Of a stretch of 64,000 nt of DNA, positions 30,330 through 40,118 are shown piece after piece; position 1 is the first letter of the stretch; the number at the start of each line of letters is the position of its first letter. The position numbers and the translations under genes are program-made. This DNA comes from an uncultured Trueperaceae bacterium. GTDB lineage: Bacteria; Deinococcota; Deinococci; Deinococcales; Trueperaceae. The stretch lies in assembly GCA_963815215.1 (NCBI GenBank), contig CAWFFU010000003.1:1147767-1211766 (forward strand), written 5' to 3'. The notes beneath the pieces were generated by a model. The model saw only the letters and a program-made list of their open reading frames with translations. It was not told the origin of the DNA and searched no databases.

Positions 30330-31040
30330 TCAATCGTCGCCCGGCACGGGCAGCAGCGGCACCCCCAGACCCCGCGCACGGCGCACGCCCAGGAACAACA
30401 CCGTCCCGAACAGGATATGCGCAAGGTACACCGTGACCGCGAACTTCGCGCCCAGCGCCGCCCCGAAGAACCCCGCCCCCAACGCCTTCGGCACCGGACT
30501 CATCAGGAACCCCGTGCCCACCAGCAGCGCGTACGGGAACGCCAGCCACGGCTGCCTCCGCCCGAACACCAGCATGTAGATCAGCACGAATGCCACGCCG
30601 TTGTACACGTGATCGGCCCACCCCAGCAGGTTCGACGCCAGGTCCGGGCCGACCATGATCCGGTTCGTCAACAACACCCCCATCAGCATCGGCATCGACC
30701 CCGGCATGGCGTGGAACGCCCGGAACCCTACGATGCGCACCAGCTCCAGGCCCGCCGTCGCCACGATCCCCACGCCGACACCCACCAGCAACGTGCGCCA
30801 CAACCCGTTCCACTTCACCGCCGCCGCCACGACACCGATCACGAAGAGCACGCCGATGGCGGGGAGCGTCACCTCCACCGCCAGGCGCGAGAGCGAGGCG
30901 TACCCCGCCTCGCTCACCGCGAACAGCACCGCGCCCGACAACCCGGCCGCGACGACGGCCACGACCCTCACGGCACGCTCCACGACCAGGCTGCCCGACC
31001 GACGATGGGAAGACGTCAGAGTACGACCTGCACGGTCCAT
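30330..31040 (-). CDS. Polytopic membrane protein of unknown function
   Basis: GGGAGG RBS; about 6 hydrophobic helices; MPGSMPMLMG and two intramembrane His (GWADHVYNG, YLAHILFG). Confidence 0.75.
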   Translation of the reverse strand: MDRAGRTLTSSHRRSGSLVVERAVRVVAVVAAGLSGAVLFAVSEAGYASLSRLAVEVTLPAIGVLFVIGVVAAAVKWNGLWRTLLVGVGVGIVATAGLELVRIVGFRAFHAMPGSMPMLMGVLLTNRIMVGPDLASNLLGWADHVYNGVAFVLIYMLVFGRRQPWLAFPYALLVGTGFLMSPVPKALGAGFFGAALGAKFAVTVYLAHILFGTVLFLGVRRARGLGVPLLPVPGDD

Positions 31041-31065
31041 GGCCGTCCCTCCCTCGTCCCCGACC

Positions 31066-31536
31066 TCACTGCGTCGCCTGCGACAGGATCTTCGCGAACA
31101 CCCCGTCCATCATCGCGCCCGCCTTCGCCAACTCCGGTGACACTCCCGCGAACAGTTCTGACGGCTTGAAGTACCCGATCTCCGTCTTGCCGGCCGCGTC
31201 CACCCAGACGTACATGCGCAGCGGGATCACGGCGCCCGCCGCGGCGTCCATCTCGAACAGCTTCTTGCCCGCGACGGGGTTGCCGATGAAGAACGACTCC
31301 GCCCCCTGCAGGTTCAGACCCGTCGTCGACAACGCACCCTTCTGGTTCAGATTGCCCAGCACCATCATCCCGTTCGACGCCACCGCCTTCTTCAAGCTCG
31401 ACACGGTCGCATCGAACGACGCACGCGAGGACGCATGCAAGAACTCGGGACTCCCCTGCGCCGCCGCCGTCCCCAGGACCGCCATCACCACGAGAACCAG
31501 CGCCACACCACGAAGCGAACTCAACCATCCACGCAT
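31066..31536 (-). CDS. Secreted DUF302 domain protein
   Basis: Signal peptide ending AAA-Q; SFDATV..LK..V...G..V, IGNP, PLRMYVW, IGYFKP. AAGGAG RBS. Confidence 0.8.
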   Translation of the reverse strand: MRGWLSSLRGVALVLVVMAVLGTAAAQGSPEFLHASSRASFDATVSSLKKAVASNGMMVLGNLNQKGALSTTGLNLQGAESFFIGNPVAGKKLFEMDAAAGAVIPLRMYVWVDAAGKTEIGYFKPSELFAGVSPELAKAGAMMDGVFAKILSQATQ

Positions 31537-31749
31537 CGGACACTCCTTCGATCGATGAGATCGGCCGGGAAGCCCGGCCCGCCGGCGCCGTTGCACCGAC
31601 CCGACCACCTTGAGGCATCCGTGCGAACCGTTCGGTCAAACGTTTGACGCGGGATCATGGGCGGATCGTCATCACGGTCTGATGCGGGGCAGGGGCTCTC
31701 GGGCAGACGCCGCTTCCGCGGTCGCCCGCCCGTTGAGGCTGCCGCGGGC

Positions 31750-32454
31750 TCAGGCTCCCGCGAGCGCCTCCTCGACCGCGGCCTCGGCATGGAGCGTGGT
31801 GGTATCGAACAGCGGCACGGTGCTGTCCTCGGCACCCACCAGCAGCATGATCTCGGTGCAGCCGAGGATGATCCCCTCCGCTCCGCGGTCGACCAGACGA
31901 GCGATCACTTCGCGGTAGGCCGCGCGGGAGACGGGCTCCACCCGCCCCTGCACGAGCTCGTCGTAGATGATGCGGTGGACCGTGGCTCGATCGTCGGCGT
32001 CGGGAACGAGCACCTCGAGGCCGAAGCGCGCCTCAAGCCTGCCGCGGTAGAAGGGCTGCTCCATGGTGAAGGCCGTGCCGAGCAAGCCCACGCGTCGGAT
32101 GCCCGACGCCCGGATCCGCTCGCCCGTCGGATCGGCGATGTGGAGAAGGGGGACCTCGACGGCGGCTTCGATCTCCTCGGCCATCAGGTGCATGGTGTTG
32201 GTACAGATGACCAGCAGATCCGCTCCCGCCGCCTCGAGGCGGCGGGCGGCATCGACCATCAGGGCCGTCGCGTCGTCCCACCGACCTTCGTGCTGGAGGG
32301 TCTCGATCTCCGCGAAGTCGAACGACCACAGTAGACAGCGAGCGGACGCCGCTCGCCCCAACCGCTCCTGGACACGCTGGTTGACGATCCGGTAGTACTC
32401 CGCCGAGCTCTCCCAGCTCATCCCGCCGAGCATGCCGATGACCTTCTGCCGCAT
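31750..32454 (-). CDS. Aspartate/glutamate racemase family protein (YgeA/RacX-like)
   Basis: IGMLGGMSWESS, ICTNTMH, LLGTAFTM, ILGCTEI. Confidence 0.93.
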   Translation of the reverse strand: MRQKVIGMLGGMSWESSAEYYRIVNQRVQERLGRAASARCLLWSFDFAEIETLQHEGRWDDATALMVDAARRLEAAGADLLVICTNTMHLMAEEIEAAVEVPLLHIADPTGERIRASGIRRVGLLGTAFTMEQPFYRGRLEARFGLEVLVPDADDRATVHRIIYDELVQGRVEPVSRAAYREVIARLVDRGAEGIILGCTEIMLLVGAEDSTVPLFDTTTLHAEAAVEEALAGA

Positions 32455-32679
32455 GGATCCTCCTCGATCGGCCGTGCCTCGTCGGGCGAGCCGACGACCC
32501 TTCCAGCATGCGACCGTCGGCGCCGCCGCGCAAGGCCGTGCCACGCCTCGGACCACGGCCGGCAGGGTGCTCGACGCCGGCTCTCGCTACGACCCCCGCC
32601 TGTTGGCGGCGTGCCAGGATCCGCCGCCGGCTTCATCGACCGTCGATATCGCCCCCCAGTTCACACATTGGACAGACCC

Positions 32680-32738
32680 TTGACAAACTCTCCGTATCTC
32701 TGTACACTCTATTCAAACCTTGGACGAAGTGTCCGAGG
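32680..32738 (+). promoter_or_regulatory. Near-consensus sigma70 promoter plus downstream inverted repeat
   Basis: TTGACA (32680-32685), 17 bp, TACACT (32703-32708); CCTTGGAC-GAAGT-GTCCGAGG at 32718-32738. Confidence 0.75.
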
Positions 32739-32761
32739 CGTTACCGTGAGGAGGAAACGCC

Positions 32762-32998
32762 ATGCGTACTATCAAGATGATCTCGCTGGTGCTCGTGATC
32801 GTAGGCGCGCTCAACTGGATGCTCGTCGGGCTCTTCGGGTTCGACCTGGTCGCAACCCTGACAGGCGACTCGTTCGGCCAGACCAACGTCCTCTCGTCGA
32901 TCGTCTACGTGCTCGTCGGGATCGCCGGCATCGTGCTCGTGCCGAACGTCTTCGGACGTGACCCGGCGCACGCCGCGGCGGCGCCGCGAGCCCGCTAG
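32762..32998 (+). CDS. DUF378 domain membrane protein
   Basis: LVIVGALNWMLVGLFGFDLVA...IVYVLVGIAG. GAGGAGG RBS. Confidence 0.92.
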   Translation: MRTIKMISLVLVIVGALNWMLVGLFGFDLVATLTGDSFGQTNVLSSIVYVLVGIAGIVLVPNVFGRDPAHAAAAPRAR

Positions 32999-33119
32999 CC
33001 GACGCCACCGCGCCCGTTTGAGGGCGTCCCCCGACCGCTGCGCGCGGCCGGCCGAGACCATCGGCCGGCCGCGCGCTCCCTTACCGGCCCTCGCGCAACG
33101 CTGTGGGCGGGACGCGCGC

Positions 33120-34910
33120 CTAGCCGAGACGCTCGGCCAGGAACGCCTCCAGTTCGCGGTAGAAGTCCGCGACGGTCTCCGCGGTCGACCAGCCGTGGCC
33201 CTCGTCCTCGTAGACCGTGTAGCTGTGCTGGATGCCATGGCGTTCCAGCTCCCTCACCAGGGCATCGGCGTCGGTCCTGGCCACCACCGCGTCCTTGCCG
33301 CCCTGGAACAGGTGGAGCGGATCGCGGATGGCGGCGGCGAGCGTCACCGGGGAGCGCTGACGATAGGCGGGAAGGGCCTCCGGCAACGGGCCGACCAGCC
33401 CGTCCAGGTAGCGGCGCTCGAGCTTGTGGGTCCGACGGGCGAGCCCCAACAGGTCGGCGACCCCGAAGAGCGAGACCCCGGCGCCGAACCGGCCGGGCCG
33501 CGTCGCCAGGGCCATCAGCGTGGTGTATCCGCCGGCGCTTCCCCCCATGATCGCCACCGTCCGTTCGGCCGCGAGGCCTTCGCGCACCAGCCAATCGGCG
33601 GCAGCGCTGGCATCCTCGACGTCGGCGATGCCCCATTGGCCGTCGAGCGCTTCACGGTACAGCCGGCCGTAGCCGGTCGAGCCCCGATGGTTCAGCAGCA
33701 GCACCGAGTAGCCCCGCGTGGAGAGGAATTGCGCCTGCGCGTCGTACGCCAACCCACGCATGGACGTGGGACCGCCGTGGACGCTGATCACGGTCTTCGG
33801 CCGGGACGCCTCGCCGCCGACCGCGGGGTAGAGCACGCCGTAGAGCGCGCGCCCATCGTCGGTGGGGATGGTGACGTGGGCGGGTTCGGAGAGCGCTTCA
33901 CGGTAGCGTTCCGCCGAAGCGTAGCGCAACACCCTCCACTCGGCTCCCTGCCAGGCCACCACGCGCGGCGCACGCACCGGGCTCTCGGCCACGGCCACCA
34001 GCCGCTCGGCGTCACCGGTGGGCTGGCGCAACCAGCGGTACCCCGCCAGCGGCAGCCGCTCACTCCGTCCGTCGGGCTCCACCCGCACGAGGGCCGCCTC
34101 GCCCTCGCGGACCACCTTCACGTAGAGCGCGCCGTCCGGGCCCAGGGTCATGGACCGCAGGCCCTGGGCGAACCCCGGCTCCATGACGGCCCCCCGCAGC
34201 AGCACCTCGCGCGCGCCGCTGCTCAGCTCGAGCCGCACCAGGCGGTCGGTCTCGCCCTCGTTGTCGACATAGAGGAGCGCACCGCCGTCGGGAGAGAACA
34301 GCGGCTGGTACACCCCGACGCCGGGCGTCCCGGCCACCTGCTCCACGGACGTCAGCCGTCCGTCGGCGTGGCGCCCGATCATCACGCGCGACGAGGTCCA
34401 GGCCATGGCGGGGAAGTCCCATTCCACCCACGCCAGCCGGTCACCGGAGGGCGACCACACGGGCTGCGCGTAGAAGTCGGCGCCCTGAGCCGCGATGGCC
34501 GGCCACGCGCGGCCCGACGCGTCGACGATGGCGAGCCGGTCCGTGTCGTCCTCGCGGTGGACGTAGGCGACCCAGCGACCGTCCGGCGAGATGGTGGGCG
34601 AGGCCACCTTGCCGAAGCTCGGGGTGAGGCGCTCGGCGGGTCCGGCGGCCAGCGGCTGACGCCAGAGCGCGTCGCCGCTGACGAACACGACCCACTCGGC
34701 GGAGACATCGAAGTCACCGCCGCCGTACCCCAGGCTCGAGCCCACGTCCATACCGACGGTGAGGTCCTGGGGCGTCCCACGCCAGCGCACCAGCACGCCG
34801 CGGCCGCCGCGCCGCTCGAGCCATACGACCTGGCCCGCCACAGCGCGCACGTCCCGTAGCTCGACCGCGTCGGTGAGGGCCTCGATGGGCAGCGGCGTCG
34901 ACGTCGTCAT
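33120..34910 (-). CDS. S9 family peptidase (beta-propeller + hydrolase)
   Basis: SPDGRW/WSPSG propeller repeats, HGGPT, RGSTGYG, GGSAGG nucleophile, GGKD, EGHG. Confidence 0.92.
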   Translation of the reverse strand: MTTSTPLPIEALTDAVELRDVRAVAGQVVWLERRGGRGVLVRWRGTPQDLTVGMDVGSSLGYGGGDFDVSAEWVVFVSGDALWRQPLAAGPAERLTPSFGKVASPTISPDGRWVAYVHREDDTDRLAIVDASGRAWPAIAAQGADFYAQPVWSPSGDRLAWVEWDFPAMAWTSSRVMIGRHADGRLTSVEQVAGTPGVGVYQPLFSPDGGALLYVDNEGETDRLVRLELSSGAREVLLRGAVMEPGFAQGLRSMTLGPDGALYVKVVREGEAALVRVEPDGRSERLPLAGYRWLRQPTGDAERLVAVAESPVRAPRVVAWQGAEWRVLRYASAERYREALSEPAHVTIPTDDGRALYGVLYPAVGGEASRPKTVISVHGGPTSMRGLAYDAQAQFLSTRGYSVLLLNHRGSTGYGRLYREALDGQWGIADVEDASAAADWLVREGLAAERTVAIMGGSAGGYTTLMALATRPGRFGAGVSLFGVADLLGLARRTHKLERRYLDGLVGPLPEALPAYRQRSPVTLAAAIRDPLHLFQGGKDAVVARTDADALVRELERHGIQHSYTVYEDEGHGWSTAETVADFYRELEAFLAERLG

Positions 34911-35201
34911 GCGATCCTCGCTTCCGGGGCAGGCCCGCGTCGAGCGCGGCACACCCTGAGGAACGGTAGCCCCGGGCCCCCGAACCGTCAAGCGCTCGTC
35001 GTGGCCTGCGGGCGTTCCCGTGGAACGGGCGCCTCCTGGCGCCCCGTGGGATCCAGGCGGGTCACCCGGCGCAGGCGCTCGCGCACGCAGGTGACGGCAC
35101 CGCGAGTGTGCCGTACCCTGAGGCTCGAGCAGCGGCCGGAGCCGTTCCCCGAGCGTCCGGAACCTGGACCCGGGCGGCGCCCCAGCCACGGGAGGAGCAG
35201 C

Positions 35202-36179
35202 ATGGACGAAGTTCGATTGGGACGTTCCGGCCTGAAGGTCTCCAGGATCGTGCTGGGTTGCATGAGCTTCGGCAGGCCGGACGCGGGCGGCCACCCGTGG
35301 TCGGTCGACCTCGACGAGGCGCGGCCGCTCATCCGCAAGGCCTGGGAGGCAGGCATCACCACCTTCGACACCGCCAACGTCTACTCGCAAGGGACCAGCG
35401 AGGAGATCACCGGCAAGGTGCTCGGCGAGATCGCCCGCCGCGACGAGGTCGTCATCGCCACCAAGGTCCACGGCCGCATGGGGCCGGGACCCAAGGGCGG
35501 CGGGCTGTCGCGCGCGGCCATCTTCGCGCAGGTCGACGCCAGCCTGAAGCGGCTGGGAACCGACTATATCGACCTCTACCAGATCCACCGCTACGACCCC
35601 GAAACGCCCATCGAAGAGACGCTGCAGGCACTCGACGACCTCATCCGTTCGGGCCGGGTGCGCTACATCGGCGCCTCCTCGATGGACACCTGGAAGTTCG
35701 TCCAGGCGCAGTACCTCGCCGACCTGCACCGCTGGGCCCGCTTCACCTCGATGCAGGACCAGTACAGCCTGCTCATGCGCGAGGAGGAACGCGAGATGCT
35801 GCCCTTCTGCCATGACCAGGGGGTCGGGGTACTGCCGTGGAGCCCGCTGGCGCGCGGACGGCTCGCCCGCCCCTGGGCGACCACGACGACGCGCAGCGAA
35901 CAGGACGCCTTCGGCCAACGCCTCTACCGCCAGGCAGAGAACGCCAGCCAAGCCATCGTGGACGCCGTCGGGCAAGTCGCCGAAGAACGAGACGTCACGA
36001 GGCCGCAGGTCGCGCTCGCCTGGCTACTCCACCAGCCCGCCATCACCGCACCCATCGTGGGCGTGACCCAGGCCTCCCACATCGACGACGCCGTGGCCGC
36101 GGTCGACCTCCGACTCAGCGACGAAGAGCGCCATCGGCTCGAAATGCCCTACGTTCCGCAACGGCCCGAGGGGTACTGA
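35202..36179 (+). CDS. Aldo/keto reductase (YajO/IolS-like)
   Basis: LGCMSFG, FDTANVYS, IATK, DLYQIHR, PWSPLARG. GGAGGAG RBS. Confidence 0.93.
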   Translation: MDEVRLGRSGLKVSRIVLGCMSFGRPDAGGHPWSVDLDEARPLIRKAWEAGITTFDTANVYSQGTSEEITGKVLGEIARRDEVVIATKVHGRMGPGPKGGGLSRAAIFAQVDASLKRLGTDYIDLYQIHRYDPETPIEETLQALDDLIRSGRVRYIGASSMDTWKFVQAQYLADLHRWARFTSMQDQYSLLMREEEREMLPFCHDQGVGVLPWSPLARGRLARPWATTTTRSEQDAFGQRLYRQAENASQAIVDAVGQVAEERDVTRPQVALAWLLHQPAITAPIVGVTQASHIDDAVAAVDLRLSDEERHRLEMPYVPQRPEGY

Positions 36180-36445
36180 AGCGTCCGATCGAACCACGCC
36201 CACGCGTGGGTGGGCTCCTTTCACGCTCGGGCAGAGAGCGGGGGGTCATGACCCCAACTCACAACGTTCCCTCGCCCCTGTCGAACCTCGCTCGACGCTC
36301 GTACGCTGATGAGTGCGCCCCTTCACCAGGCCGCTCCTCCGCGGTCGCTACGTGCGGAGGCCGGCTGTGAGGAGAGGTACTCTGTCCGGCTTGTCGGGGC
36401 ACCGGGTGTCGTTCCGCGCTGAAGCGCGAGCGAAGGAGAAGAACC

Positions 36446-36592
36446 ATGCTGGTGTGGATCGCGGTCGTCTTGATCATCCTCTGGATTCTCGGGCTCGTTA
36501 CGTCGACGACCCTAGGCGGCGTGATCTACGTCCTCCTGGTCGTTGCGGTAGCCCTTCTGCTGATACGTGTCTTCCGCGGTCGGCGCGCCTGA
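36446..36592 (+). CDS. Small lmo0937/DUF5670-like membrane protein (48 aa)
   Basis: Below the ORF-track cutoff. AAGGAG RBS; MLVWIAVVLIILWILGLVTSTTLGGVIYVLLVVAVALLLIRVFRGRRA. Confidence 0.8.
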   Translation: MLVWIAVVLIILWILGLVTSTTLGGVIYVLLVVAVALLLIRVFRGRRA

Positions 36593-36813
36593 TGGATCCG
36601 GCAGCCACGTCCATGTGCACGAGTGTCGCGGAGCGGCTGAGACCGCTGTACCGGGCGGTCCGGAACGCGAGGTTGGATCGCGAAGATGCGTTCTGGGTCG
36701 TGTACGACGAGGCGGTCGTCCAGGTCTCGAGAGCGCGGAACGACAGCGAGATCAACACGAAGTCGGTGGCCCGCGATGAACTGCAAGAGATCATGAATCT
36801 GGTCATGACCTAG
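36592..36813 (+). CDS. Small hypothetical protein
   Basis: TGATG coupling to the upstream gene; MDPAATSMCTSVAERLRPLY...ELQEIMNLVMT. Confidence 0.45.
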   Translation: MDPAATSMCTSVAERLRPLYRAVRNARLDREDAFWVVYDEAVVQVSRARNDSEINTKSVARDELQEIMNLVMT

Positions 36814-36850
36814 GAACCGACCCGAGACGTGCGTCGCCCTGTCAGAGGTC

Positions 36851-37834
36851 GTGTCGACGAAGCGTCGCATCATGGTGGACATCGTGAGCGAAGCCAGGAA
36901 TGTCCTGCTCATCGTGAACCCGGTGGCCGGAGGGGGCGGCCATGAGGCGTTGCGCCAGCTCGTCGGGGCGAGACTCGGGGGGACGGGCGCAAGCTACGAG
37001 GTGCGCGTGACCGGGAAGCGCGGGGACGCCTTCGCCTGGAGCCGCGACAGCGCGGCCGATCTGGTGATCGTAGGCGGTGGCGACGGGACCGTCATGGAGG
37101 CGATGAGTGGCCTGATCGCGAACGAGCGCACCATCCCGCTGGCCATCATCCCAGGGGGCACGGCCGATCTTCTGGCCCGAGCCTTCGGCATAAGCACCGA
37201 TCCGGAGGAGGCCCTCGAGACGGCGATGACGGGTGTCGCGGTGACGCTGGATGTCGGATACCTGCCGACGCAGGATCGCTTCTTCGCGTTGGTGGCAGGA
37301 GCGGGTTGGGACGCACAACTCATCGCGGATACAACCCGAGCCCGCAAGGACTGGCTGGGACGGTTCGCGTACGTGGTGTCCGGCGTGAAGAACCTCTTCG
37401 CGCTGAAACGCTCACGGGTCGATCTCGAGGTCGACGGGGTGCGGCGATCGTTCAACGCGCACACGGTCATGATCTTCAATGTCGGTGCGTTTCCCGGCCT
37501 CGGTATCGACTTCGGGCGCGGCGTCAGCCCGCACGACGGCACGCTCGACCTGGCCGTCATGACTGCTACGAGCGCCTTCGGGCTGGCCCGATCGGCGTAC
37601 CGAGTGCTCATCCGGCACGTCAGGAACGACCGAGGCATCACCACGTTCTCGGCATCGCGCATCCGCATCACCGCCACACCCCCGCTGGAGGTTCAGGTCG
37701 ACGGCGAGCCGCTCGGTCGCACGCCACTCGATGCGGAGGTCAGACCGGGCGCCGCGACGATCATCGTGCCCATCGCCTACGCTGTAGCGAACGGCCTGGC
37801 GACAGCTGTCGAGACGCCCGATGCGCCGACCTGA
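36851..37834 (+). CDS. Diacylglycerol kinase family lipid kinase (YegS/BmrU-like)
   Basis: IVNPVAGGG, GGGDGTV, PGGTAD, QVDGE. Start uncertain. Confidence 0.88.
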   Translation: MSTKRRIMVDIVSEARNVLLIVNPVAGGGGHEALRQLVGARLGGTGASYEVRVTGKRGDAFAWSRDSAADLVIVGGGDGTVMEAMSGLIANERTIPLAIIPGGTADLLARAFGISTDPEEALETAMTGVAVTLDVGYLPTQDRFFALVAGAGWDAQLIADTTRARKDWLGRFAYVVSGVKNLFALKRSRVDLEVDGVRRSFNAHTVMIFNVGAFPGLGIDFGRGVSPHDGTLDLAVMTATSAFGLARSAYRVLIRHVRNDRGITTFSASRIRITATPPLEVQVDGEPLGRTPLDAEVRPGAATIIVPIAYAVANGLATAVETPDAPT

Positions 37835-38279
37835 TCGCGGTCACGTGACCTCCATAGGCGCCGTCCAGCAACGCGCGTTCGCCAGCTACGTGGCAGCCAC
37901 GTCCGGACGCTGCCTCGAACTCCTGTCTTCAGCGCTGAGGTCACGACCCCACCCCGGATCCCCACCACGCCTCTAGTCCGCCGAGCGACGCGAACCTAGG
38001 CTTGAGGGCGAGCACCCCGGTACTCACCACATCGAAACGTATGCCCTACCCGAGGGCGCTTGGCGGCAGCCGCCGATTTGCCATGCATCACACGCCGGCC
38101 AAGGACGGCGCGTTCCGGGAGCACCACCCGTGGGGGAGGCGAAGAGCATGCGGATCCCAGCGCACCGCGCACCGACGCCGCACCTCGCTGAAGCCGGAGA
38201 GCCGCCGACCGTCCGGCGCGGCCTCGCATCCGGCTCTACCGACCCGGCTCCCCATCATTGGGTCCTCCTCCGGCCGTCG

Positions 38280-38456
38280 ATGGCGATCAAGCTCCACCTT
38301 GGGACCTGGTACCTCGACGAGGGCGAAGTGCTGGAAGGAACGCTGATCCGTCACCCCATCAACACCTCCCGGAAGATCATCATCCAAACCACTCGGGGCA
38401 CCTTCAACGTCAACGAGGAGGACGTAGCCGAGGTCTCGAGCGTCGAATCCGCCTAG
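38280..38456 (+). CDS. Small hypothetical protein (beta-rich, 58 aa)
   Basis: MAIKLHLGTWYLDEGEVLEGTLIRH...IIIQTTRGTFNVNEEDVAEV; GC3-rich codon usage. Confidence 0.5.
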   Translation: MAIKLHLGTWYLDEGEVLEGTLIRHPINTSRKIIIQTTRGTFNVNEEDVAEVSSVESA

Positions 38457-38500
38457 CGCAACACCGTTCGAAGCCTCTGCGCGTTAAGGAGAGAATCGAC

Positions 38501-38614
38501 ATGCTCGTCAGCATCGCTGCCATCCTGACCATCCTGTGGCTCCCGTGGCTCATCATCCCGACCGCCTTCCGGGGGTTCAACTACGCCTCCAGGGCATCGG
38601 AGCGCTCCTCCTGA
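38501..38614 (+). pseudogene. Degenerate paralog of the lmo0937-like small membrane protein
   Basis: AAGGAG RBS; MLVSIAAILTILWLPWLIIPTAFRGFNY aligns with MLVWIAVVLIILWILGLVTSTTLGGVIY, but the second helix is missing. Confidence 0.5.
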
Positions 38615-38766
38615 TCGTCCGCACCCTCCAGGGTCGGCACCTGTAGCCGCGCTGGAACGGCCCCATCCCCTGCGACCCCTAGCGGAGTCCCCCCACTCGG
38701 CTCGGGGTCGCCCCACGTCACGACCCGCCACCCGGCACCGCCCCCGAGTGCGGCGTAGAGTCGGGG

Positions 38767-39779
38767 ATGAGCGATCGGCGACCCCGAGCCCAACGACGCG
38801 CCACACGTCAAGACCAACGCCTTGGAGCGAACCTCCGCGGGCACCTCACGAGGTCGGCATGCCTCATCGCCTGCGCCATGCTGACGACCTCGGCACTAGC
38901 CGCGGGGCAAGACTTCACCATCCACGTGTTGCACAACGCCCGGGTCGATCCCGCAGCCAGCGACCCAAACCGGGTCAGCTAAACGGGGATCGACCGAGCC
39001 GCGTCTCCTCGCGATGCCGTACTCGTTCTCCTTGGAGGGACCGCAAGCTCCCCTTCAGGCTACAAGCTCTTCGCCGAAGAGGCCCTGCGCCAGGGCTTCC
39101 ACGTCATCGTGCTCGACTACCGCGACGCGACCTCGGTGGGCAGCCTGTGCCGTGACGACCTGGCCTGCTACGGTCACGTACGACAGGAGATGATCGAGGG
39201 CGTCGACACCTCCCCGTCGTCCAGGTCTACAAGGACGATGCCATCCTCGGCCGACTCGGTCACGCCCTGCAGTACCTGTCCACGGAACTCCCGGCGGAGG
39301 GCTGGAACGCCTACCTTCGCGCCGGCCGCATCGACTGGTCCCACGTGCTGATGGCGGGATTCTCCCAGGGCGCCGGTCACGCCCTCTGGATCGCGAAGCA
39401 CTATCCGCTCAGAGGCGTCATCCTCTTCTCGGGCCCGGTCGACGGCAGGATCCACTCACCCTACCGAGCGGCACGATGGATCACCGCCGACGAACGATGG
39501 GCGACAGCCAAGAGCCGGATGAAGCTGGTCGTCAGCACCCAGGACGGCTACTACCCGGCGATCCGAGCGAATCTCATCGCGCTCGGCTTCGACCCATCCG
39601 CATCGGGTGTGAACGTCGATGACGGCCTGGTCACCTCCCGCGCGGGCGCCCTCTTCCTCACCCACGCGGCGAGCCCGCGGGCCCATGTCAGCGTGATCGA
39701 GGACGCCGCCACCCCCGGGGCGCCGAACGGAACCGCCAGGTATGCGCCCGTCTGGGACGCTCTCCTCACGGGGTATTGA
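38767..39779 (+). pseudogene. Disrupted secreted alpha/beta-hydrolase (BPSS1187-like)
   Basis: Signal-like segment, in-frame TAA at 38980-38982, then VLLGGT..GFHVIVLDY; frameshift at the C-run 39212-39215; then IDWSHVLMAGFSQGAGHA (GxSxG). Confidence 0.72.
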
Positions 39780-40118
39780 GCGACTGGAGTCGCTCCCCCT
39801 TCGCGAGCACTCCTCCGTTCGAGGTCCAACCTCGAGACACCCCTCGCGAGACCCAACGACTTCCGAACAAGCGCCTGCCGCCCAAGCGGGACCGCGTCCT
39901 CCGAACGGGACCAACTCCGCCACGCGCCTCCGACCGACCCTCACCACGCAATGCGGGGGAGCCCGAAACGTCTCAGCCAGCCCTTCCTTCCGGCATCGTA
40001 GGCGGATACTGTCTGCCCCTCACGTGCTCCAGCGAGGCGGCCGCCCCGCCGCGTTCCACGGCGTAAGATCGCATGGCGGGAATTCTCCCCGCGATCCCAT
40101 GGCTAGGCAGGTAGTGCA

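Noticed and set aside
39780..40118. FMN riboswitch upstream of ribB
   Set aside because: No AGGGCAGGGTGAAATTCCCGACCGGCGG-like or AGTCCGGATGGGAG-like motifs.
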